From Mobula hypostoma (Eukaryota): a stretch of 64,000 nucleotides of DNA. Below the pieces are notes generated by a model. It ran no database searches and had not been told where the DNA came from. It saw nothing but the letters and a program-made list of their open reading frames with translations. Shown here one piece after another: positions 36,001-48,000 of the stretch. The translations under genes were made by a program, and so were the position numbers. Location: the NCBI RefSeq assembly GCF_963921235.1, contig NC_086097.1, forward strand, positions 181,104,001 through 181,168,000, written 5' to 3'. How positions within the stretch are numbered: position 1 is the first letter of the stretch; the number at the start of each line of letters is the position of its first letter.

Positions 36001-39000
36001 TCACAATTTACCTCATTTTGATCTTGAATTTGATCATTTACCTGCACTGCACTTTTTCAATATCCTTTATACTCTATTCTGCATAGATCATAGAATAGAA
36101 TAGCACTTTACAAGCCTTTCGGCCCATGATATTAAACCAACCCTTAACCTACTCTAAGATCAATCTAACTCTTCCCTCCCACATAGCTCTCCATTTTTCT
36201 TTCATCCACGTACTCCTAATCTATCTGCCTCTACCACCATTGTTATTGTTTTACCTTTTTCCAGCTCAATGCACCGTGTAATGATTTGAGCAACATACAT
36301 CAAAGTTGCTGGTGAACGCAGCAGGCCAGGCAGCATCTATAGGAAGAGGCGTTGTTAGTCCTGACGAAGGGTCTCGGCCTGAAACGTCGACTGCGCCTCT
36401 TCCTATAGATGCTGCCTGGCCTGCTGCGTTCACCAGCAACTTTGATGTATGTTGCTTGAATTTCCAGCATCTGCAGAATTCCTGTTGTTTGCGTGTAATG
36501 ATTTGATCTGTTTAACAGTATGCATGACAAGGTTTTCATTATATCTTAGTACATATGACAATAATAAACCAAACCAAATACTGACACAGCCCTAATTAAT
36601 TACATCCACTCACCTGTACCTATCAGCTGACTCATTCACACAAAATAATCTGCAGATGCTAGGGCCAAAGCAACACTCATAAATCGCTGGAGGAACTCAG
36701 CAGGTCGGGCAGCATCCGTGGAAAAGATCGGTCGACGTTTCGGGCCAGAACCCTTCGTCCTGACGAAGGGTTCCAGCCCAAATCGTCGACCAATCTTTTC
36801 CACGGATGCTGCCTGACCTGCTGAGTTCCTCCAGCGCATTGTGAGAGTTGAGCTGACTCATTCACTTAGTCCTTCATTGCACCCCTGGACTCACCTCAGC
36901 CAGGTCCTCCTAAAGTTTGGTTCAATATTCTACTAGCACTCACACAACCACTTCCAGCCATACCTGCTCCTGAGCTTTACGGGAGAGTTTCCGAAGGTAG
37001 GAGCCCATGTATGCACCAGTTCCAACCAGGACTGGCATCACCACACACATGAGTTCAGTCAGTGTTGGTGAAACGAAGTACAGAGATACCAGGCAGCCAA
37101 TTGTTTGTGCAATACTCTTCAGACCCTGGAGATCAGAACAGACAAACAGCAGAACAGTTATGGATTGGACTATGCCATATGCTTAGGGTACAGTGTCACA
37201 GAGTCATAGAGCAATGCAGCAGAGATACAGCCCCTTCCTCCTAACCAGTTCATGCTGACCACAATGCCCACTCAGCTGATCCCAATTTCCTGCCTTTGGC
37301 TCATATCCCTCTAAGCCCTGCCTCTTCATGTACTTATCTAAGTGCTTCTTAAATGATATATTATACCAGTCTAATAAACCCGCTTTAGGTTGGATGCAAA
37401 CTATAGCTCCCGGGGGAAGGACAGCTTGGATTGATTAGTAACTGGAGGCATTGGAGTGCTACCAAATGCAAAAAGAAGGATTAATTTCAGAGTAAAGCTT
37501 ATAGCCAAGAGAAACACGCCATTCAGGAAAATAAATTGGCAGAATCTATCCTTGCAGTTGTCTAAGTAACACTGATCCATCCTTGGTCCAAGCTAATTTA
37601 ATTTGGGGCATCAGTTGTGCCCCAAATATAACATAATAAAAGATAAAATACCAGAAATACTCATCAAATAAGGTAGCACCTGTGGAGGGAGAGAGAAAAG
37701 AATTAAGATGTCAGTTCAATGACATTTCCTCAGACTTGGAAAAAACTAGAAATATAAGATGCTTTAAGTTGCAGAGAAAACAAAAATGTGGTCAGGTCTT
37801 TGGGAGACTGAATGGTACAGATGGTGGAGGTGATGGCTGAAAGGGTTCTTGTCAACTGTAGCTGATTTGTTGGGAGCAGATGTATAAGAACATAGATCAG
37901 TATTGCACAAGAACAGGCCCTTCAGCCCACAATGTCTGTGCAGACCATTCCGCCAACCTAAATGAATCCCATCTGCCTGCACACAGTCCATAAACCTCCA
38001 ATCCCTGTATGTTCATGCAAACAAATGAAGAGAGGGAAAAATATATTGCCAAATGTGAAATACAAAACAATATAGTAGCTGGAAATCTGAAATAAAAGAG
38101 AATGTCAGAAGAGTCCAGTAGAACAGCCAGCATTTGTGGAGAGAGAGAGAGAGAAACTGAATTATGGTTACAGGATGATGACAATGAGTGCATTTCAGAA
38201 CTAGTTTAGTTGGATTTCAGTGAGGCACTGAAGAGGACAAAGAAATTGACATGTAAGTGGAGCAGAGAACGGTAAAGGATACAGAAAATGACGGATGCAG
38301 TCCAGTCCATTACAGCCAAAACCCTGAGTACATTGACCTGGAACACTGCCACAAGAAAGTAGCATCTACCATCAAGGCCGTGCCCACTTAGCCTAACTAC
38401 TATCAGACTATACAGTAACCTTAGGTCCCACACTACCAAGTTCAGAAACAGTTATTACCCTGCAATCATCAGGCCCCTGAACTGGCATGGATAACTTCAT
38501 TCACCACTGAATGAGTTAAATTACTGATTCTACAACCTACAAACTAACTTTCAAAAATCCTTTACAACTCATGTTCTCAGTATTATTTCATTTACACACG
38601 TTGTCTTCTTTTGTACATTGAGTGTTTGTCAGTCTTTGTTGACATATAGATTTTGTAAAATTATATTGCATTTTTTCCTGAAAATGAATGCAAGAAAATG
38701 AATCTAAAGGTAGCACAGTGGTGCTCGAAAGTTTGTACACCCTGTAGTATTTTCTCTATTTCTCCATAAACATGACCTTCACGCAAGTCCTAAAATTAAA
38801 TAGAGAACCAAATTAAATAAATATTACAAAAACATTTTACTTGTTCATTTATTTATTAACAAAAATTATCCAATATTTCATGTATTTGATGGAAAAATTA
38901 TGTGAACCTCCAAGGTAATGCCTTCTACAAAAGCTATTTGGAGTCACGTGTTCCAATCAATGAGATGAGATTGGAATTGTGGGTTGTCAAGGTGCCTTGC

Positions 39001-42000
39001 CCTATAAAAAAGACACACAAAGTCAGTTCTCTGGCTGCTGTCTCCATCATCATTTGTCTTTGCTTTCCTCTTGTTTTCTTCCCTTCAATCTTTCCCATAA
39101 TTACTAATCTTTCCTAATCACATGTCCAATGAAGTCATGTTGCCTTTTCATGACTTCATACATTATTTCTCTTTTTTGCGTTTGCTCTGTTCATGACATC
39201 CTCGATAAGTATTCGCTTCGTCCATGATATTCTTTGCATCCTCCTCAAAAACCACAATTTGTTTCCTCACGTTACTAGATATTGTCCAACATTCTGAGCT
39301 ATATAACATAACTGGATAAATATAACATTTCAGTGCTCTGAGGCAGGTTGTCATGCCTAGTTTAGTGTTGGTCAGTATACTCTTCATTCTCGTAAAGGTG
39401 TCTTTTGCCATCCCTATTCTTCTTTTGATGTCCATGTCGCACCTGCCATCTGATGTCACCCAGCTTCCTAAGTAGCAAAAGTTCTGTACTTGTTTTATGT
39501 TTTCCCTGTTTATTCTCAGACTGCAGACAGGATTCTCCTTCTTTTTGGATATCACCATACATTTTGTCATCTTGCAATCGATAGATAGACCCATTTTTGC
39601 ACTTTCTTCAACAACTATATCAATTAAGTTTTGTAGTTCTTCCTCCGTACTTGCAACTAACACAGTGCCATCCGCATATCTGAAATTATTGATGTTTTCA
39701 CCGCCAAGATGTCTCTTATTTTTTGTAATATTGTTTCACTGTACACATTAAACAAATCAGGGGAGAAAACGCACCCTAGTCTCACGCCTCTCTTGATTTC
39801 CGTAAACTGACTCACATCTCCATCTATTCTTACAGCGGCAGTTTGTCCCCAGTACAGATTTCTGATTAGGCGGAGGTCTTTCGAAACTAGATTGAGAGTG
39901 TCCTGTAATGTTTCAAATAACTTATTGTGCTTCACTTTATCAAGTGCTTTTGTGTAGATGATAAAACAAACAAATCTTTTTGCACTTGAATATCTCATTC
40001 TGATGGTATCCTTAACATCAATATCGCGTTTCGTGTACCTTTGTCTTTCATAAAACCACATTGTTCTTTACCTATTTCAGCTTGTTTTTTACTTTTAGCT
40101 CGTCATCAAAATTCTTATAAGCATCTTGGTGATATGACTCATTAAACTTATGATCCTATGTAATTCACATTCTATTGCTCCAGGTTTCTTAGGAAGAGTG
40201 ATAAATACTGATTTTTTCATCTCTCCTGGTATTATTCCAGTCTCATAAATGTCATTGATTAAATCAGCAAATTTTTCAATTCCATAATCTTCAAGGGCAA
40301 TAATTTGTTCTATTACTAATTCATCAGGACCTGCTGTCTTTCCTTTCTTCATCTTATTTATTGCGTTACGAACTTCATTTAAAATACTTGGACCTTCAAT
40401 GTTCTTCTTAATTTCTGGTTTTTCGCCTCAATCGTCTTCAAACAATTCCTGAATATACTCAGTCCATCTGTTCATAATCTCATCTTTTTCCATGATAATG
40501 GTACCATCCTTTGCTTTCAAACATCCACCTGAAGAACAGAGGAGCTTTTTACCAGTGATATTCTTGATTTGTTGATGTAACCTTTTTGGATCAGTAATAG
40601 AGATTCTTTCTAATCGCTCACATTCCTGGTTTAATCATTCTTCTTTGGCTTTTTGACATAAGCTTTTAACTTTTTTATCTAAGGACTTATATTCTGTAGG
40701 ATTTGCTTTCTTTCATTTCCTTTCTTCCATTAGATTTTTGATTTCATCTGTCATCCATTTATTCTTTGTACTTTTTTCTTTTTTAGGAATCACTGTTGCC
40801 CAGAATCAACCCTATCGAGCAAAGCATCTTCAGAATTGTCTTGAAGATCCTCTTGACGCTGTTGTTGTGTGATACATTTTGTGAGTTTGACCATGGTTTT
40901 CTTAGCAAATAGATTCTAGGAAACCTAGTATCTAGCAACGGTGGTTTGCTATTGCCTTCTGTTGGGCGAACTAAAGAAATCGCCATTTCTCTTCCCAAAT
41001 GTTCATTGCCTGTACTATAGCCATTGTCATTTGAGGTCCTAGTTCATCCGCCTTCTCCGTCATAAGTTCAGTTACTGAACCTGCCGGATCTGTCGTTGGC
41101 CTTCGCTCGTATCCTGAGCAGGAACCCTTGCAGGTGCTACCGTTCCGGGTCAGAGCGGCCCTGGGAGCAATGAATGACTAAGGGGTAATTCCACTTTCCC
41201 CAAAGCTCTGAAAGTCCCCAATCAGAGCCTCATCATCCATTGCAGTTCAGAGTCATACCCAGGACCCACCAAAGTCACAACATGTCACTAAAAATTATGC
41301 GGAATTGGGAGTTCTTGTTCTAATGGTTTTCTCCCATGTAGAAAGGGTAGAGCACTCCCTGCTCTTTTTCACACAACAGCTGCTTGCTGAGCTTCCACCT
41401 GCTGAGTCATTTGCAAGCTGTTCACTGGGAAAGCTGCCAAGAAATGAGGGGAAATGGAAAGGGAGGAAAATATAAAGGGAGTGGGTGGGGAGGATGAAAT
41501 GATATCTGAGCAGTCACCTTCACAACGGATTGGTCTGATCACACCACATGCTGCATTCAGGCAGCTGGCACTGGGACCCCTTACATTGTGCAATGCTGTT
41601 GCATACTTGTCAGTACTGCCCGTCTATGAGCCTGATGTTCAAAGTTGAGGTAAATTTATGATCAAATATTTTGCTATATACTACCTTGAGATTAATTTTC
41701 TTGTAGGCATATAGAGGAATAAAAGAAATACAACATAATTTACAAAAAACTAGATATAAACTGTTGAAGATTGACAATCGATGTGCAAAAGAAGATGAAA
41801 CTGTTCAAATAAAACATAATGCTGAGAAAAATGAGTTGTTAAGAGTCCTTGAAAGTGAGTTTGTAGATCAAAGATGGCGGCGTGACGCAGGGCGCGCGGC
41901 CGTTCCAAAATGATATCGTATTTGTAAGTAGGGGCTGTGCACAATCCTGATTTGATGGAGACAGATATGAGAAGCACGGAGGAACATCTGGTGAAACTTC

Positions 42001-45000
42001 TGAAATGCCTGCTTCGCTGCTATTGCTACTGCTACTGTGCGATCGAGAATCTCCGGAGGGGAAGGCCCCAAATCCTCGGCTTTGCCTATTGCCTGTTGCT
42101 GGGGCCAGGATCAAAGAGCTTGGCAGTGATGGTGCTCATTGCTCGGTGTCCGAGGGCTGGTCGAAGGCTCGAAGTTTTCGGATGGACTCAAGAGTCGTCT
42201 GTGGTCAGGTGCTTCCGGGGTGCTGCATCGGCAAGTTTGCAGCGCTGGAGGTTCATGGCAGGGAGAGTTTCTCCCTTCTACCATCTGCGTGAGATGATGG
42301 GACTTTCAAGAGACCTTGAGACTTTTTTTTACTGTGCCCATGGTCTGTTCTTTATCAAATTATGGTATTGCTTTGCACTGTTGTAACTATATGTTATAAT
42401 TATGTGGTTTCTGTTTTTTAATTTTTTTTAGTCTTGGTTTGTCTTGTGTTTCTGTGATATCATTCTGGAGGAACATTGCATCATTTCTTAATGCATGCAT
42501 TACTAAATGACAATAAAAGAGGACTACGTGTCCTCATAATCTAATCGAAATCTAATCTAAAATAATTCTAGAATTGTGGTAATTAAAATTATCTAAACCG
42601 GTTCAGGAGCCTGATGGCTGTAGGGTAATGGTAGGGTAATGGCTGATGGTTTGGGACCTAAAGTTTCTGTACCTCTTGGTCGATGTGACAAGAAGCCATG
42701 ATCTGGATAGTGGGTGTCTTTGATGATGGACGCTGCTTTTCTGTGGCAGTATTCCATGTGAATGCACTCAGTGGCGGGGAGGGCTTTGCCTGAAATCGCC
42801 TGGGCTGTATCCACCACTTTTTGTAGCCTTTTCCTTTTCTGGGTATTGGTGTTTCCATATCAGACCCTGATGCAACTCGTTAGGAAACACCCTATTGTGC
42901 ATCTATAGAGGTTTGTCAAAGTTTTTGCTGACATGCTGAACCTACAAGCATAAAATCAGTGCCCAGTGGTTACCCTTCAAATCATGCAGAGATCCTGACT
43001 TCTTTGGTTCTTGGTTCAATATTTGATGGTTATTGAGAAACATGCTACATGTTTGTGACAATAACATGATAATTACCCTGGGAAGAAGATACCTGTGTTA
43101 GGGTGAACCATGATAGAAAATAAATGCCTGGTCCAATTCTCCAATGTACTGCAACAAGAAGTTGTGAAACTTGTCAAGTTATGTACAAATTACCTTTATG
43201 AATGATAAGGCATCAAAAGGGTTAACATTCCTTCTGTTTTTTTTGTCTCCATTTTCTTTGCATTTTGCTGATATTCTCTCTTCTCCCTTCCTCCATGGGC
43301 AGAAGATACAAAAGCCTGAAAGCATGCCACCAAGCTCAAGGACAGCTTCTATACCGCCATTTAAAGATTATTGAACCCTCCTCTAGTATGATAAGAGACT
43401 CTTGATCTCACAATATGCCTTGCTGTGCCTTGCACCTTACTGTCTGCCTGCACTGCACTTTTTCTGTAACTGTAACACTTTATTCTACATTCTGCTATTG
43501 CTCTCCCATGTACTACCTCAATGTACCAACGTGATGAAATGATCTGTATACATGGCGTGCAAAGCAAAGTTTCTTCACTGTACCACAGTACATGTGTCAA
43601 TAATAGCAAAATTACCAATTTATTTACTTAAATGCTAGACACCATGCAACTTTTTTAAAAATGTATTTTCCCAACCAACCACGGCAAACTCTTCCTTCAC
43701 AACTTCATCATTTCCTTTTTTAAGGTTTGTAACATATTATCTTGGGGTCTTTTACATCTATCCAAGAAGGCAAGAGGAACCCAAGTTTCACATCTCATCC
43801 CATCCCCTCCAACCCTACTGTATTCTTTTACTAATGCCCCTCCTGTGGTGGCCTGTATTCCTTCAGTCCTATCACTCGGGCTAAAGTTTTCCCTCAAAAA
43901 TTGTCTCTCTGGCAGTCAGCATTCCTTTGACGTTGCCCTTGTGACAGTGTAGTACTAGCTTGTTACTGAATTGGAACACCTGCCTCAGTTAAGAGTATAT
44001 TCTGCAGACTGGGGTTCAGCCTTAAGTCCAAGGTAAGATTCAGCCTTACACACATGTACTCAGTATGGGTGAAGAATGGAAGCACACTCAGATCTTTGTG
44101 ATTGACAGTGTTGATATATCCCAGCCCAAATCCCGATTAGCTCACCTGAGAAATCACCAATTTGAAGGAGGATTTGAACTCCTGGATATCACTGGTTAGG
44201 CGACTCACCAGATGTCCTGTCCGGGTAGCATCATAAAAGGCCACATCCTGCCTGACACCAAATTAGAGAAAGAAACAAAGCTCAGATGGATGGAATATTC
44301 AAATATACCTTTTCATTAAAGTTTAGATACTCATACCACCATTGAATTAGAAGTGTGAAGCAATGATTTATGCGGATTCTCACAAATACCTCCCTAAACA
44401 AAGCAACGCTTATCATCCCTGTTATAACATAAAATTAGAAAATCTTGCAATTATTCAGCTGTTCAGTCAGAGTTAATGTTTCAGGCCAGTGAGCTTTACT
44501 TTTCAGATGAAACTAATTCCAGTGCTGGGGTAAGAAGGAGCTGCATCAACAGCAGTGGCACCACCTGAACTGGGATGGGAACCGGTAGGAAGGGTAAATA
44601 AGGAATTGGTAAACACTTTAAACTAGCAAAATGGGGTGCTGAAGTGGGATCTGCAAGCAGCTAACTGTGCAAACAGGAAAAGAGAACACAGAAAGAATCA
44701 ACTGCTGGAGGACATTAATAGCAAGGGAACAAATAATTACAGATGGAAATCAAAAAAAGATGGTTTCCAATAAAGTGAGGAGATAGTGATCTCATCTGGT
44801 TCCTCAACACCACCTCTTTGGTCAAGAAAGCACAGCAGCGGCTCTACTTCCTGAGGAGATTGAGGCTCCCCTCCCCATTCTAACCAATTTTAACAGGAGC
44901 AACATCAACTGTGTCCTTACCGGCTGCATCACTGTCTGGTATGGGAAATGCAAGCATCTGACCACAAGTTCCTACAAAGGATAGCAAGGACTGCTAAGAG

Positions 45001-48000
45001 GACATTGGGGTCTCTTTTTCACCCAGAGATATTTATCAGGAGTGCTGCGCACACAGAACCCTTAGCATCGTCAATGGTGCTCCAATCCGTCCTACAATAT
45101 CTTTGACCCCCTACCATCAGAAAGGAGGTATCATAGCATTCTAGCAAAAACTGTTAAGGTGGCAAACAGCTTCTTCCCCCAGGCCGTATAAGACTACTGA
45201 ACTCCCTGCCACCACTCAAGAATCATGAAGCGGCAGTAGTTTTATACTGTTTACTTTAAAATGTGTCATAAATGCACCTTATTATTTATTAATTTACTGG
45301 TGGTAATATTACTTTACTGTTTGAGTTATAAGTACAGTGGATTCTGGTTAATTAGGATACATTGGGACCAGTAATTTTGGGCCCAATTAAGCGGCTACCC
45401 CAATTATCCGAAGTTTCATGGAAATAATTAAAATGTATAAAAAAGACAAACTGAGTAACAATTTATGTATTTAAATGAAATACAGAACAAATTAGAACAC
45501 TATCAATACTACTACAATACTAGAAAACTATATATTAGTTCCTAATAGTTATTGACAGAGGAAATCATCCAGTATACACAATGAATAAAAACAGTGCCAA
45601 CACCTAGTGCAGATAACGGACTATCTTCATACAATGCTTTCGATGATTGCATCTTCCAAATCTTCATTTTTATCATAACATTCAAGATGATTGTCAACAC
45701 ATTCAAATTCTTCATGGTTCCTAACTGTGTCATCTCTCAGATACAATGGTGTCAAGAAAACAACCTCTGCCTCAATGTCGCAAAAACAAAGAAGCTGGTT
45801 GTGGGTTACAGGAGGAATGGAGACAGGCTAACCCCTATTGACATCAATGGATCTGGGGTTGAGAGGGTAAACAGCTTTACGTTCCTCAGCATAAACATCA
45901 CCAAGGACCTCACGTGGTCTGTAACACCAGCTGTGTGGTGAAAAAGGTACTACAGTGCCTCTTTCACCTCAGATATTGAGGAAGTTCGGTATGGGCCCTC
46001 AAATCCTAAGAACTTATTACAGGGGCACAATTGAGAGCATTCTGACTGACTGCATCACTGCCTGGTACGGAAACTGTACTTCCCTCAGTCGCAAGACTCT
46101 GCAGAAAATGGTGCAGACAGCCCAGCGCATCTGTAGTTATGAACTTCCCACAATCCAGGACATTTACAAAACAGGTGTGAAAAAAGGGCCCGAATGATCA
46201 TTGGGGACCCAAGTCACCCCAACCACAATCTACTCCAGCTGCTACCATTCAGGAAACAGTACCATAGCATTAAAGCCAGGCCCAACAGGCTCCGGGACAG
46301 CTTCTTCCACCAGGCCATTAGACTGATTAACTCATGCTGATCTGAGTGTATTTCTATGTAACATTGACTGTTCTATCTATTATAAATTATTATAAATTAC
46401 TAAGATTGCATGGGAGTAAAGGATAGCACATTTAGACGGAGACATAACGTAAAGATTTTTATTCCTCATGTTTGTGAAGGATGTAAGAAATAAGGTCAAT
46501 TCAAACTTGTTGAAGTAGTGAAATTGCTTAATTTTTAACTCTGGCTGTTTCTGGCATCTCCAAGCCTGAATGCTTGAAACCACGTGAGCAAAACAGTTCG
46601 GAATTGTCTTACTGTTTTTTCTTGCTAACTGTCAGTGACCAAAATCACTGCTTTTTGAACACAAACGCATGCAACTGATGCTATTTTAAAACTGTTCATT
46701 CTAAGCACCGCGTATCGGACAACCACACAAGTCCACGTGACTAACTCTAGTTAGGACCTGTTCAGCAATAATCTATCTGCCCCAATTAAGCGACACAGTG
46801 TCCCAAATACACAAAGGGAATCCTGCCAATGTTCTCAATTTGGTTTTGGTCTTTAAGAGTAGTTACAAATAAGCAGCTGCCCAATTAACACCAATGACCC
46901 AATTAACTGGATCCACTGTACTGAGATGTTCACCTTGGTCTGGAGGAACATTGTTTCATTTGGCAGTATACATGTGTATGGTTGAATGACAATAAACTGA
47001 ACTTGAAATCCTATTAAAATAAGTTAAGATGTTTATAAAGTTATGCAGAGTATGTAACAGACCAGAAGAGTTGGAGCCAATCTTGCATGGAAGGAACTAG
47101 GTACAGAACGGACTGAAAGGGTGAAAGTCAGATGGATTAGCAATACTCACAGAGGACAAAAATATTGTGGTAGAAAGAAACCTACAAAGGAAATCGAAAT
47201 AGAATCCATATGTAGCACAAAGCCCAAAGTCAGCAGCTGCCAGGAGCTGGAGGATGGTGTTGCCTGTGTGGCTTTGTGGTCCTGTTGGTGAGAGGTTTGT
47301 TGGACCTGCTCATGAGGCTTCACTGGGCCAAGTCTCCAAGCAAAGTTACCTTCTGGGCAATGAGCCAAGTGTCCCACTCTCTCCCTGGCACTTGTGGGAG
47401 AATTTTGGCTTACAGCTGAAGGAGGACAGCAGCCACTTCTTGATGGGAGCAAACACAAGTATAACAAACAAGGTTAGATTATTCATTCAAGGGCATAGGA
47501 GCACCTCTTGCCTGACTTCTGGAGAGAATGCAGAGCATGGGAGTAGAGGACAACACAAAAGAAGATTGTAGGTAGTGTGTTCCACAATAATCAGTGCTTG
47601 GATCAGTGCTCTGGAAATCTGAAGTACAAACAGAAAATGTTGAAATGCTCAGGAGTTCAAGCAACATCTGTGGAGAAAGTATTTCTAGTATTTTCCAGTT
47701 ATATTTTTGAGATAATTGTTCTTCACAACTTTTGTTAAGGGATCATGGTGCTGGGATCATTGTTGTATGTCATAGACATAAATAACTTGGATGCGAATAT
47801 TCTTTGGTCTGATAAATAAGATTGCTGATGACGCAAATATTGGTGGAATTGTGGATGGTGAGGATGGTTGTGCAAGAATAAAGTGGGACATAGAGCAGCT
47901 GGAGAGGTGGGCAGAATGGTGACAGAAAGAAGCTATTCCTGACAAGTATGAGGTAATACACTTCAGGTTACAGAGATTTACTGTAAACAGAGGGAATGAT

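Noticed and set aside
36289..36456. Conserved miRNA precursor or rho-independent terminator
   Set aside because: The perfect arms, TSD and homology to Penelope pLTRs explain the hairpin as a recent insertion.
39018..41277. CAAAGTCA as TSD of the RTE element
   Set aside because: The 8-bp match exists, but the Tc1 host does not resume afterwards and the RTE 3' tail is missing, so it may be chance or rearrangement microhomology.
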